A stretch of 64,000 bases of DNA, from the IMG/VR virus record IMGVR_UViG_3300027800_000347, positions 1,548-65,547 of that record; one strand, 5' to 3'. The position numbers and the translations under genes are program-made. The notes below the pieces were generated by a model. That model saw only the letters and a list, made by a program, of their open reading frames with translations. It did not search any database and was not told where the DNA came from. The stretch is from a virus (taxonomy: Duplodnaviria > Caudoviricetes). Shown here one piece after another: positions 55,201 through 64,000 of this stretch (the stretch's first letter is position 1; the number at the start of each line of letters is the position of its first letter).

Positions 55201-58200
55201 GCCTGTCGTCGCTTTTCCAGGGCGGCGGATCGACGGCCGGCACGGCGCAGGCCGGGGGCCAGGGTGGCGGCATCGCGTCCGTTCTCACTGGGCTTGTGGG
55301 CAACATCGCCACGCACAGCTTTTCCTCCCTTTTCAATTCTTCGTCTTCCAGCGAGATCACGCCCGCCATGGAGATGACCGGCGGTGGCGACGTGGCCGGT
55401 GCGCCCTGGGCGAACGCCGCTACGGGGATTGTTGGAGGCGCGATTGCTGGAGCAATGGCCGGGTCTGTTGTTCCCGTCATCGGAACCCTTGTGGGCGCTG
55501 GCTTGGGGCTTCTTGGGGGGCTTCTCACCCAGGAAGAAGAGAAGGAGCAAGCCCCCTCGGAAGCGTGGCGTGGCAGTTCGATCATGTTCTCTGGTGGGAA
55601 CTTTTCGGGTTGGAACGAAACGAAAATGAGCGACGGCACGTCGCGCTATGACCCGGCTGACCCGATGGAGATGGAGGAAGAGCGGAAGCGGTTCAAGTCC
55701 ACGGTCAAAGACCTGAACGACTCCATGAGAACCCTGGAGATAGATTTCGCGCCGAATTGGGAGCGGAACTTCTCCTTCCAGGCCATGGGCGTCCCGGACG
55801 CGCTCAAGGGCATCCTTGAGCGCAACATGAAGGATTCCGCCGCCGCGCAGGCCATGGGCAACGTGTCGTGGACGGCCAATTTGTTCAAGGAGGGCCTTGA
55901 AAGCCTGGACGAAACCGTGCGCCGCCTCGCCACGGCGTTCGGGACAGTGCAGCCCCTCATCGGCCCGCTTGGTATCGACTTCGAGAAGATGGGCGGGGTT
56001 ACGGAAGGCGTGTTGCTGGCCTTTGCCTCAATGGCCACGGGGTTCTCCTCGGGCGCCGGGATCGTCACGACCGCAATGCTCGACGGGGCGGAATCAGCCG
56101 AAGAACTCGCGGAAAGGTTCGCCGCCGCCGGGGAATCAGGCCAGGTCGTGCTGAACTACCTTGAGCAGTACCGAAAGCAAATCAGCAACATGATCCTCGC
56201 GTCCTATTCCGAGCAGCTTATAGACGCGGTTGGCGGCGAGGATGCCTTCCAGCAGGCAATGACGGTTTTCAGCAACTACGCAATGGGCGACAAGGAACGG
56301 GCCACTGCAAGCGTAAATTACTCACGTTCGCAATTCCAGGAAGGCCTTTCGAGCATAACCACGCTCCTTCCAAATTTCAATCAAGACTGGATTGGAGACA
56401 ATACAGATGCTTTTTGGGCGGCCTACGCTGCCGCCATGGGCGAGTCAATGCCCCCTTCGGTGTTTGACGAATGGGCCGCCATCGCGCAGCACGTCGCAAA
56501 TCTTGAAGACTCCCTGCAAGACCTCGCGGATATCGAGTTCGCGGAATGGGCGTGGGATGAAGAACTGAAGTACCGCAGACAGGTTGCGTCAGAGCAGACG
56601 ACCGGCGCGGAAATCACGCGCTGGAGCATCACAATGGAGCAGGAGCTTGCCGACGCCCGTAAAAACGGCGCGTCCTATGCGCAGCAGGCCGCGCTCGTGG
56701 AGACGCAGATTTACGAGATGCAGGCCAAGCTGGCGAAGCTCCAGGGCACCGAGATTGAGCCGCAAGACATGGAATCCGTGGTGGATCGCCTGGGCGACGC
56801 CGTGTCCCGGCAGGTTTCTGTTCTTCAAGAGCTTGCGTCCGAAGCGTCCGCCGCAGCAACGGCTTTTGAATCCCTTGGCGAATCTCTCCGGGATACCATT
56901 GAAGGGCTGTCGGACGACATCAGCAACCCAATGGAAGACTTCCTGAAGTACAGGGCTTCTTTCAACGAGCAATTCTCTCTTGCCATGAAGGACTTCGACG
57001 CCGACTCGCAAGAGGCTATGGGCGAACTGTCCGGCATAGCCGAGGACATGCTTGATGCTGCCAAGAAAAGCGTGAGCTACGAGGAATACCGGATTTTACA
57101 GGCCCGGACTGTTTCACGGCTTGGCAAGGCCGCGACCCGGGCGGAACTCCAGGGCGAATACGGCGCCGTGGCGTCCGACCTTTACACCACGGAAAGCGGC
57201 CTGCTCTCCCGCGTGCAGGAAGACCTTTCCAGCGGCGCTCCGGATGCGGTTTTTGTCGCACAGGCCAACGAGCTTTTTGAAAAGCTGTCCTTGGTGTCAG
57301 ACGCCGCCAAAAGCGTGGCCGAGGGCGGCATGAGCGAAAGCGCGTTTGCCGCCATGGCGAAGAAAACCGAAACCGACATTTTGTCGGACGGCAACATAAA
57401 GAAGCTCCTGGCCGGAACCCTTGACCTTGGGAACATCGACCAGAATCAGGCCCGGATGCTCCTTTCATCCGTGGACGCGCTTGAATCCCTGGAAAAATAT
57501 ACCGGCCACGATGTGGACCTGGCCGACAAGATGCGTCTCCAGCTTGAAACCATCGCGGCCGGTGTCACGGACCAGTCGCAGTGGTCCGCCCTCGTGGAAC
57601 AAATCGAATCGGGCCAGGACGAATACATTTCGTGGCTCAAGACCAACATTGAAGAGCGCCGCAAGGAAGCCGACAGGCTGTATGCTTTGAGCGAAGGAGA
57701 AGCAGACTCTTCGGAACAAATGTCCGCGTATTTCAAGGCCGTTTCGCAGTATCTTTTGAAGCAAACAAGCATCGAAACGCTGTCGAAGCAGATCACGTCG
57801 CTGAACTCGCAGTCTGCGTCTTTGAGTGCTCTTGCGAACCAAGCGGCAATTCAAAGGAATTTGCAGGCTTTCAACCAATACATGCAGCAAGTTCAGCAAA
57901 TCAATAACCAGGTAAGCGCCCTAGAGCGACAATTAAACTACTGGCTGAATTTGCAGGTCGATATCCCTGAATTTGCTACGGGCGGCATCGTCGCCCAGCG
58001 GACCCTGGCGACGATTGGCGAAGAAGGGCCAGAGGCTGTCGTCCCTCTAAACCAGTTTTTCGTGGCTATGGATGATGTCCGGGAAGAGATTGTGGAGCTT
58101 CGGAAGGAGAACAAGGAACTGCAAAAGCAGATTGCGGATAACACGGAAGCCCTCGTTCATTATGCCCATGTGCAGCTTAACGAGACCAGACGCCCGAGGC

Positions 58201-58223
58201 TTGAGCCTGTGGAGGCCGCATGA
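52248..58223 (+). CDS. Tail tape measure protein
   Basis: 1991 aa, Ala-rich and helical; C-terminal FATGGIV...IGEEGPEAVVPL. Confidence 0.93.
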   Translation: MPGIRIDVDTSRSIKSLADFRKSLKDTGADAKLSAWEIKQLEDRVKKNLEADKAARAADKYANSIRSMGKAAGLSAREMGDLERRLGSIRREAESTHAGSSSLSGGVTTLAGAFGRFAPQVLAVTGAYLSLSKAMETVSNFVSRGFDFNRTMETASLGIASILTATQDLVTTEGRRLQGVEKLNAAQAISRGLMKDIQVMGLQTTATTKDLVDGFQMILGPATQAGMSLDQTKKTMIGIVQAFGALGIPLEQLSAEARSLFDGDIKMGQDRLAGFLGITKELVLEWQKQGVYFDKLNEKLEAFRVAGDATAKTWTGLSSNLAESFDVIAGRSTEGLFEGAKTAVAEITGLLIDTKNLGLGQDIQNIASLIREMGDDFGSLLVSGARALVENIRDFDKWLGENRGKVESIYEKFKSIGSQLLEIVGKVFSIAEAFAQAEVATGKMNFTMGVVKASLTVINELVGYVEVAFWAVSTAITTGLLGPLAAVQRSIAAIGGTSIGSKLIDADTVAALEKYAASNEATVEGMQQRLSGVASRYKNTPFPSVKAAYNPDQTTKTRDELFREEHSQAYKDNLKSGIELEKLQGQELAKQLSLMGQIKEANSAALSVEQRRADVTQKWTEQRTKAEEAMAFAQKTGNAKLMEEATAMKNLADSGAVKAFDDIAKSAAKAGGGAAKSAQQAENLFASLNDQIVAAEAALSGDTLQTKLAQIDKKWGEWTRKVENSKLAAEEVKAALASIEKIQALETQAAQAEAAADALARMSQLLSDIADASGSPDLKIKAGMMDVDAWYQQSRQAIEQATQDEAQRAELVAALDQGVALKRLEVTRDAYESMSAVSQKYWDAEKALIEQKLSVVKENADDELAYKISAAQEWDDFNRRKLEAKANAPRSQGEAIQAVFALDSGSYKSQMGQLQDSWKSTADGMLNLTDDLSSGIAQSLGDALRGIAQGDFESFETIFRSMLLRMADAFISFSEDMLAQALKGGLSSLFQGGGSTAGTAQAGGQGGGIASVLTGLVGNIATHSFSSLFNSSSSSEITPAMEMTGGGDVAGAPWANAATGIVGGAIAGAMAGSVVPVIGTLVGAGLGLLGGLLTQEEEKEQAPSEAWRGSSIMFSGGNFSGWNETKMSDGTSRYDPADPMEMEEERKRFKSTVKDLNDSMRTLEIDFAPNWERNFSFQAMGVPDALKGILERNMKDSAAAQAMGNVSWTANLFKEGLESLDETVRRLATAFGTVQPLIGPLGIDFEKMGGVTEGVLLAFASMATGFSSGAGIVTTAMLDGAESAEELAERFAAAGESGQVVLNYLEQYRKQISNMILASYSEQLIDAVGGEDAFQQAMTVFSNYAMGDKERATASVNYSRSQFQEGLSSITTLLPNFNQDWIGDNTDAFWAAYAAAMGESMPPSVFDEWAAIAQHVANLEDSLQDLADIEFAEWAWDEELKYRRQVASEQTTGAEITRWSITMEQELADARKNGASYAQQAALVETQIYEMQAKLAKLQGTEIEPQDMESVVDRLGDAVSRQVSVLQELASEASAAATAFESLGESLRDTIEGLSDDISNPMEDFLKYRASFNEQFSLAMKDFDADSQEAMGELSGIAEDMLDAAKKSVSYEEYRILQARTVSRLGKAATRAELQGEYGAVASDLYTTESGLLSRVQEDLSSGAPDAVFVAQANELFEKLSLVSDAAKSVAEGGMSESAFAAMAKKTETDILSDGNIKKLLAGTLDLGNIDQNQARMLLSSVDALESLEKYTGHDVDLADKMRLQLETIAAGVTDQSQWSALVEQIESGQDEYISWLKTNIEERRKEADRLYALSEGEADSSEQMSAYFKAVSQYLLKQTSIETLSKQITSLNSQSASLSALANQAAIQRNLQAFNQYMQQVQQINNQVSALERQLNYWLNLQVDIPEFATGGIVAQRTLATIGEEGPEAVVPLNQFFVAMDDVREEIVELRKENKELQKQIADNTEALVHYAHVQLNETRRPRLEPVEAA

Positions 58224-59176
58224 AGGTCATAAAGCCCAAAGAGATGACCTCTGCGGTCATTCTGGCGTGCAGCATCCCGGCCCTGGATATCAACTCCCCG
58301 GCCAGGGATTCCGACGATCCGCCGGAGTATGTAGCCAGTACCATATACGCCGCCGGGACTCGTTGCACGGTCCTGTCCACGGTCAACACCATCTACGAAT
58401 CTCTTGAGGACGGGAACACCGGCAATTATCCGCCTACCGACGTTCTCGCGGAAACTCCGAAATGGGCCGTAGTTTGTCCGACGAACCGGTGGAGGGCGCT
58501 TGACGACTACATCAACACCCGGGCTTCCGCTCCGGACGCAGCTTCCTACACCCTGGACGCAACGCGGACTTCGAGCGTCGCCCTGTTCGGGCTTAATGCT
58601 TCCGAGGTAATCCTGGAACTCTACACAGGGGCTGATGTCCTCATAAGCTCTGAAACAATAAAGCTCTTGGACCGCAACGTCACGGACTGGTATAGTTATT
58701 TCTTTTCGGAGTTCACCAACGCCGACAGGTGCTTTTGGGATTACCCAATTGGCTTTGGGACGAAGCTCAAAGTCACAGTGAACGCCCCTTCCGGCACCGT
58801 GGAGATCGGGAAGATATGTCACGGCTTAGACCGCTACATAGGGAAGACCCTGCGCGACATCACCAGGACATTTGCTTCATACGGAACAATGGAAACAAAC
58901 TCATACGGATTCACAAACGTAAAGAAAGGATTTGTGGCAGAATTGACGGATTCCGTCATCCTGGTTGACCATGTGGTTTCAGATGCAGTGAACAGCTACA
59001 TAAAATCAATACTTGAAACTCCTGTCGTAGTAATCGGGGACAACTCGCTTACATTTAGAAACTCTTTACAGTCTCTCATATCTTACGGAGTCGTCAAGGA
59101 TATCTCGTACATCTACCAGAGCGGCGTGCAAAACTCGAAAGACAAGATGAATTTTTCCTTCCAAGGGATAATTTAG
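58220..59176 (+). CDS. Tail tip/baseplate structural protein
   Basis: ATGA overlap with the tape measure gene; PTNRWRALD motif. Confidence 0.7.
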   Translation: MKVIKPKEMTSAVILACSIPALDINSPARDSDDPPEYVASTIYAAGTRCTVLSTVNTIYESLEDGNTGNYPPTDVLAETPKWAVVCPTNRWRALDDYINTRASAPDAASYTLDATRTSSVALFGLNASEVILELYTGADVLISSETIKLLDRNVTDWYSYFFSEFTNADRCFWDYPIGFGTKLKVTVNAPSGTVEIGKICHGLDRYIGKTLRDITRTFASYGTMETNSYGFTNVKKGFVAELTDSVILVDHVVSDAVNSYIKSILETPVVVIGDNSLTFRNSLQSLISYGVVKDISYIYQSGVQNSKDKMNFSFQGII

Positions 59177-59188
59177 AGGAGGCTCGAC

Positions 59189-60607
59189 ATGGACTATGTG
59201 GTTCCCCAGATACCGGCGCTTCCGGCTCCGCCCTCCACCGCCAGCCCGGAGACGTTTGCCGACCTGGCTGATGCCTTTTTGAGCGCATTGCCAACATTCA
59301 GGAACAACCTCAATGCGGTAAGCGCGCTGATTTCCGCCTGGGTTGCAGCGGCTGTCGCCGGAGGGGGTGCGGGAATAACGGCATATTCGTCAACGTCCCA
59401 GACCGTTGGGGTGGGGTCGAAGTCTTGGACAGTTCCGAAGGGCAAGGAGTTTGTCCCCGGGCAAACCGTGGCAATCTACAATCCCGGCGGACTGTCCATG
59501 TACGGAACGATCATCTCGTATTCCGAGGACCTTACCGCTTCGCTGGCCGTGAATGTGTCCTATACGGAGGGCGTGGGCAGCGCATCGGGGTGGAACATCT
59601 TCATCTCTCCCGTGGTTGATTTGCGCATCCGGTTCATGTCCTGGATCAGAGAAGTCACCGGGCATTTTATCGGCATGCCGGACGCGGCCATAGATATGCA
59701 TTTGGAGAATCTCTTCTTGCCCGCCGAGTGCGCGTTCACCCGGGCATCTGCCGGGTATTCCTACACCTCCGTTGGCGGCATCGAGCTTTACGCGGCGAAC
59801 GAGGAACGCTACGATTTCGACAGCAACACCGGTAACTGCGATGGACTGCTTCTGGAGAGCGAGAGAAACAACTACCTCGACAACCCAGGAACTCCAGCCA
59901 CGCAATCCAAGACACTCGCCGCCGGGACGTACACCTGTTGGCTGGATGGAACCGGGACCGTCACCTTGTCCGGAGGCGCCACGGGCGTCGTCTCCTCGGC
60001 CGAATCGATCACCTTCACGCTTTCGACATCGACTTCTGTGACCTTTACGGTTGCGGGCACGGTCACGCGCATGCAGTGCGAGAACACGTCCTACAGGACT
60101 TCGTTTATCGGTGGCACCACCGCGCCGATCAACCGTAAAGCCGACATCCCGGTCATCTTGTTTTCCGCTGTCAGGTTGCGCCGGGTGTCGGGCACCATCT
60201 TTCTTCATGCCAAGACCGCCAGGGGGGCCGGAACCGGAAACCAGGTCTTGCTCCAGATTGACGACGGCACCGATAATAACCGGATCGTCGTTCTCCGGGA
60301 TCAGAATCGCTACATGTTCTTCAACATCTATTCGGCCGGGGCGCTGGTCCTGTCCCTTAATCTGGGGGTTGTCGCCGACGCCGCCACGGTCCGCATTATG
60401 GTGCAGTGGCAGGACGGGGCGTTCTCGGCGTCCATCAACGGCGGAGGCGATGTGACATCGGTCGCAGGGGGAATCCCGACCGCACTTACGCATATCAGGA
60501 TAGGCCACAACCTTTACGGGGCGTCGAATTGGGATGGAACGCTGCGGCAGTTGACCGCATGGTCTCTTGCCGCAATCAACGTCTCGCCGTCGAACATGAC
60601 CAAATAA
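59189..60607 (+). CDS. Tail fibre/receptor-binding protein with lectin-like C-terminus
   Basis: FTRASAG...GLLLESERNN...TSFI...RKAD; beta-rich C-terminus. Confidence 0.7.
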   Translation: MDYVVPQIPALPAPPSTASPETFADLADAFLSALPTFRNNLNAVSALISAWVAAAVAGGGAGITAYSSTSQTVGVGSKSWTVPKGKEFVPGQTVAIYNPGGLSMYGTIISYSEDLTASLAVNVSYTEGVGSASGWNIFISPVVDLRIRFMSWIREVTGHFIGMPDAAIDMHLENLFLPAECAFTRASAGYSYTSVGGIELYAANEERYDFDSNTGNCDGLLLESERNNYLDNPGTPATQSKTLAAGTYTCWLDGTGTVTLSGGATGVVSSAESITFTLSTSTSVTFTVAGTVTRMQCENTSYRTSFIGGTTAPINRKADIPVILFSAVRLRRVSGTIFLHAKTARGAGTGNQVLLQIDDGTDNNRIVVLRDQNRYMFFNIYSAGALVLSLNLGVVADAATVRIMVQWQDGAFSASINGGGDVTSVAGGIPTALTHIRIGHNLYGASNWDGTLRQLTAWSLAAINVSPSNMTK

Positions 60608-60623
60608 CCCAGGAGGCGACAAG

Positions 60624-61235
60624 ATGCTCCCCCTCAAGCCAGGATATATCCCTCTCGCCACCTCGGACCACATGGGGGCCTTGACCCACCCGGGCCGAGT
60701 CATTTCGCCGTATCTGCTCGGGCTGATCGTCTCGGCCGCTGGCGGTAACAGCAAGCTCGTCAAAACCGACGCCGACGGGAACTTGGTTCTCGCCAGCGGC
60801 GATGGCCTAAAGCTCAACGGAAGCACGGCCGTTTTTGGCCGATACGATGTCGGGACATGGACCCCCGTGCTTCAGGGTGTGACGACCGCAGGGACGCAGA
60901 CTTACGACACGCAGAGCGGCAAGTATTGGCGCATTGGCGGCCTATGCTTCCTGGTCGGCCACATCGCCCTGTCCGCCAAAGACGCCGCCATGGCCGGGCA
61001 AGCCATGGTTACGGGCCTGCCGTTTATGGCCGTGACCGCAAACCCAAATGGCGGCGCAGCCTTCGCTTGGTATTCGAACCTTACCGGCCTCACGCAGATG
61101 CAGGTGACGGGACGGTTCAACGGATCTGGGATGCTGCTTTTTCAAAACGGAAACGGGTCAGTCGGACTGGTGGGGGCGACCAACATCACCAACACCACGA
61201 TTCTGGCTCTCGCCGGGTTCTACGAGTGCTCGTAA
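60624..61235 (+). CDS. Tail fibre-related protein
   Basis: YDVGTWTPVL...GKYWRIG...VTGLPF repeat typical of fibres. Confidence 0.7.
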   Translation: MLPLKPGYIPLATSDHMGALTHPGRVISPYLLGLIVSAAGGNSKLVKTDADGNLVLASGDGLKLNGSTAVFGRYDVGTWTPVLQGVTTAGTQTYDTQSGKYWRIGGLCFLVGHIALSAKDAAMAGQAMVTGLPFMAVTANPNGGAAFAWYSNLTGLTQMQVTGRFNGSGMLLFQNGNGSVGLVGATNITNTTILALAGFYECS

Positions 61236-61245
61236 GGGAGGAATT

Positions 61246-61857
61246 ATGATTGCCACGCTGGTCGGTGTAGAGATTCTGGGAGACGGGCATATCCAGGTGC
61301 TCAAGCATCTGGACACGGTTGACGATTCCGGGGCCGCCGTGAGCCGCGACGACTGGCGCGCCACCATCGCCCCCGGCGATCACGAGACGGCCCGGGCCGT
61401 GTTGGGCGAGGACTATGCGCGCGTCATGGCCGAGGCCGGGGACCGGTTTACGGCGCCACCGAAGCCCGCTGTCAACCTGGACGATGTTGTGGCCACCAAG
61501 ATGGCAGCTATCCAGGCCGAAAAATGCAGGGTCAGGGACGCTGGGTTCATGGCTGGCGGCGTGCTGTGGGATTCCGACCAATCCGCCCGGACCAGCTACT
61601 TGGAACTTGCCATGCGCCTACAATTCTCCCCGGCTCTCCAGGTCCCCTGGAAGGCCAGCGCCGGGGTGTGGGTGGACATGAACGCCAATCTCTATGCCCA
61701 GGTGGACGCAGCCGGGACCGCGCACATCCAGGCCGTGTTTTCCTGGCAGGCCTCCCGGGATGCCGAGGTGGCGGAAATCCTGGCCGGGGAGGGGACGGAC
61801 ACGGAGAAGGCCGAGGCGATCCAGGCCATGCGGGTGGGGTACGAGATGCCGGGATAG
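61246..61857 (+). CDS. DUF4376-like tail fibre chaperone
   Basis: KMAAIQAEK...GVLWDSDQSAR...VPWKAS...HIQAVFSWQ. Confidence 0.7.
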   Translation: MIATLVGVEILGDGHIQVLKHLDTVDDSGAAVSRDDWRATIAPGDHETARAVLGEDYARVMAEAGDRFTAPPKPAVNLDDVVATKMAAIQAEKCRVRDAGFMAGGVLWDSDQSARTSYLELAMRLQFSPALQVPWKASAGVWVDMNANLYAQVDAAGTAHIQAVFSWQASRDAEVAEILAGEGTDTEKAEAIQAMRVGYEMPG

Positions 61858-61902
61858 CAGTTCGCAGATGGTTCGCAAGCAGTTCGCAAAATGCGAACCA
61901 TC
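61858..61902. repeat. GTTCGCA repeats (three direct, one inverted), candidate integrase arm-type sites
   Basis: CAGTTCGCAGATGGTTCGCAAGCAGTTCGCAAAATGCGAACCATC immediately after the last phage gene. Confidence 0.55.
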
Positions 61903-61943
61903 GTGAGCAAAAATGGGCAGATTTGAGCAAATCGAATTTGCCC

Positions 61944-61972
61944 TTGACGCCCCGCGAGGCCGCGTGTATCAA
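61944..61972 (+). promoter_or_regulatory. Sigma70-like promoter of tRNA-Thr
   Basis: TTGACG-17-TATCAA, 16 nt before the tRNA. Confidence 0.6.
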
Positions 61973-61988
61973 GCATTTCCGCCATTCG

Positions 61989-62064
61989 GCCAGCATAGCT
62001 CAGTTGGTAGAGCAGCTGATTCGTAATCAGCAGGTCTGGAGTTCGAGTCTCCATGCTGGCTCCA
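61989..62064 (+). tRNA. tRNA-Thr(CGT)
   Basis: GCCAGCA acceptor, D arm AGCTCAGTTGGTAGAGC, anticodon arm GCTGA-TTCGTAA-TCAGC, T loop GTTCGAGT, encoded CCA. Confidence 0.97.
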
Positions 62065-62070
62065 GAAAGT

Positions 62071-62111
62071 TCAAGGGCTTGGGATGTTAAAATCCTAGGC
62101 CCTTTTGATTT
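62071..62111 (+). terminator. Hairpin/terminator after the tRNA
   Basis: AAGGGCTTGGGA...TCCTAGGCCCTT-TTGATTTT. Confidence 0.65.
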
Positions 62112-62444
62112 TCCGCCCGGTTCCCCATCCATTCCCCAATGAATGTTGCAAATGGCAAGCCCAAAAATGGTCCGTTTTGGGGATGGGTGCGTTTGCGTCT
62201 TTCCGGTATGATTTTCGAGAGGCGCCCTCCCCTTGGATATATGCATCCGCCGCAGAAAATCCGGTCCAGGTGAGAACCACCGCCCCGTTCTCTGCCGTCT
62301 GCGGTTTTATCCGAGCATTATGCAGGAGATTTCGCATAAATAGGCCGAGTAAAGCGCTGGAACTGGGAATTTACCCGGCTCCGTTGGTTTTCTGGGCCAA
62401 TCCAGTCCGCCTCACCCGCTCGGCCTATATATTCAAGGCCCTAA

Positions 62445-62735
62445 CTATTTCTTTTCAGTGGAATGCTGATCATCCTTGTGACCATAGCCGTGAGCCTTCT
62501 TGAAAGCGTGCCATTCATCGTGGTCTATGCCGCCAGATTTATCGACGTCAATGATAACAAATACTTCTGCCGGATCGCCGTTCGCTTTGAAAAATTCAAC
62601 AAATTCTTCTTTTACAACGATCTTGTTGCCGTCTTTGTCAATATCGCCGAGGTGGCCATCGTAGTTTCCGCCAGCAATGGCCAAGCTTGTAAGTGAAAAC
62701 GCGCAAACGAGAACAAGGACTGCATAATTTTTCAT
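62445..62735 (-). CDS. Exported EF-hand protein
   Basis: Signal peptide; DKDGNKIVVKEEF and DVDKSGGIDHDEW EF-hand loops. Confidence 0.85.
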   Translation of the reverse strand: MKNYAVLVLVCAFSLTSLAIAGGNYDGHLGDIDKDGNKIVVKEEFVEFFKANGDPAEVFVIIDVDKSGGIDHDEWHAFKKAHGYGHKDDQHSTEKK

Positions 62736-63431
62736 AATTCCTCCGGTGAAGTTAATGCTACAAAATACGATTGATCTTGATGCCGTCAACCCTGCTGGGC
62801 CATTTATCCCTTTACTCGTCCATACATCGTGCCAGCCTTGCACTTCAACGCCCAGCCAAAAAAGGGAGGTCAAAACCCATCAGTGGAGACCATTCCCTTG
62901 AACTGGACATCGGTGTCGGCGTGACGGACTCTGCTACAGGAAGAAACCGCTGGAACTGGCCGCGTGAGCATCACGGCACGGGTATTTACCGGGGCCGATT
63001 GGTTTCCTGATCCGGTCTTTTCCCTGCCGCCGTCCCAGCCTTCCTCCGTCTCTCCTCGGTTCCCTGTCTCTCAAATTTTCTCGGATTCGAAACATCCGTA
63101 AAGAGCATGCTGACGTGCCAGCTCCTGGGAGCTTTCGGAAAAAACGTGAGCTGCTTTTGGCTGAAGCTCAGGGGATCAATCAGGCGTTCCTGAAGATCGT
63201 GGGCAAAACGGTGGGGTAGGGCGGCCCGACACATTACTACCACCCAGATTGGTGAAAAGGGTTCTCTTGACTGGATGTATGTCGCATTGACGACGATGGT
63301 TTTTTATGTTCAATTTCTACTAGAGTAAAAATGGTAGAATCATGGTGTTTAAGTATCGAATATCCTCCATCCATCGAGGGGGAGCGTCATGGACCGACCC
63401 CGTATATTTTTCGCCATAACCTCACGGATGC

Positions 63432-64000
63432 ATGAGAAATTATTGTTTTTCGCTTTGCTCATGTGTGTTTCTTGGGTCGTCGTGCCCGGGACGGCTCAAT
63501 GCGCGTTTCCGACGTACACGATCATCGACCTGGGAACCCTTGGTGGGGATGGTAGTGAGAGTCAGGCTGCGGCCTTGAACGACGCAGGCGTGGTCGTGGG
63601 TTGGTCAGGAACGGCTACAGGCGACATCCATGCTTTTCGGTATGAAAATGGGATGATGACCGATCTTGGCGTTCTCTCCGGGGGCGCGAACAGTTATGCG
63701 ACCGGAATCAATCATACGGGACAGATCGTCGGGAAGTCCTACACGACCTCGTCCGGATTACTGCACGCTTTTCTGTATCAAAACGAGGTGATGACCGATC
63801 TTGGAGTACTCCCGGGCGGAGATTACAGCTATGCCACGGGGATAAACAATTCGGGCGAGATCGTTGGAAAAGCAGGTACTGTTTCGGGATCACGGGCGTT
63901 CCTGTACTCGAACGGAAACATGACAGATCTGGGATTGCCGCCGGACCCGCTGCCCTCTACGCTGCCGCCCGGCGCCACCTGGGTTTGGACGACAAGTGAG
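63432..64000 (+). CDS. Secreted HAF-repeat protein (runs off the right edge)
   Basis: Manual translation: MRNYCFFALLM...YTIIDLGTLGG...LNDAGVVVGWS...HAFRYENGMMTDLG, repeated. Confidence 0.88.

Larger units (their letters stand above)
1..61900. mobile_element. Temperate siphovirus-type prophage (left end and integrase outside the window; right boundary approximate)
   Basis: Contiguous CI/Cro switch, replication, lysis, terminase, portal, capsid, tail tube, tape measure and fibre genes in lambdoid order, ending just before a tRNA gene. Confidence 0.95.

Noticed and set aside
17274-60826. Long antisense ORFs such as 17274..19046, 30126..31661, 41678..42664, 46058..47188, 52176..53339, 59390..60826
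   Set aside because: They lie opposite genes with clear family motifs and have no recognisable motifs of their own
58220-61857. Diversity-generating retroelement or invertible tail-fibre cassette
   Set aside because: No reverse transcriptase, invertase or template/variable repeat pair was seen

Overview
Nearly the whole window (1 to about 61,900) is one lambdoid-organised temperate siphovirus prophage in a GC-rich host, probably Desulfovibrionaceae (inferred from the SSB tail [16 protein letters not shown] and the MucR homolog). Gene order: leftward early operon (Lar-like, Gp37/Gp68, HU, UvrD, split SMC/Rad50-like ATPase, tRNA-like RNA), CI/Cro switch, rightward early operon (two methyltransferases, replication genes, HNH, SSB, RusA, MucR), lysis cassette with a patatin, terminase/portal/head genes and tail genes. 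It ends just before an intact tRNA-Thr(CGT). The integrase is not in the window and probably lies to the left. The main finding is a cargo block in the head module (36.5-39.1 kb). It holds two exact 36-nt-period arrays (6 + 13 units of TGCGAGCCA-9 nt-TGAAACCCA-9 nt) flanking a nuclease-less Nop/IS110-C-terminal-like protein with a zinc-ribbon insert. This matches a TIGR-Tas (TasA-type) RNA-guided DNA-targeting system, here with an uncharacterised partner gene, a divergent HTH regulator and an adjacent HigBA pair. Other findings: a tRNA-shaped RNA with no anticodon loop, a 42-bp element duplicated before both late operons, an HNH insertion scar at ssb, and a hidden frameshifted ORF after the capsid gene. 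All family calls come from motif recognition by eye; no searches were run.
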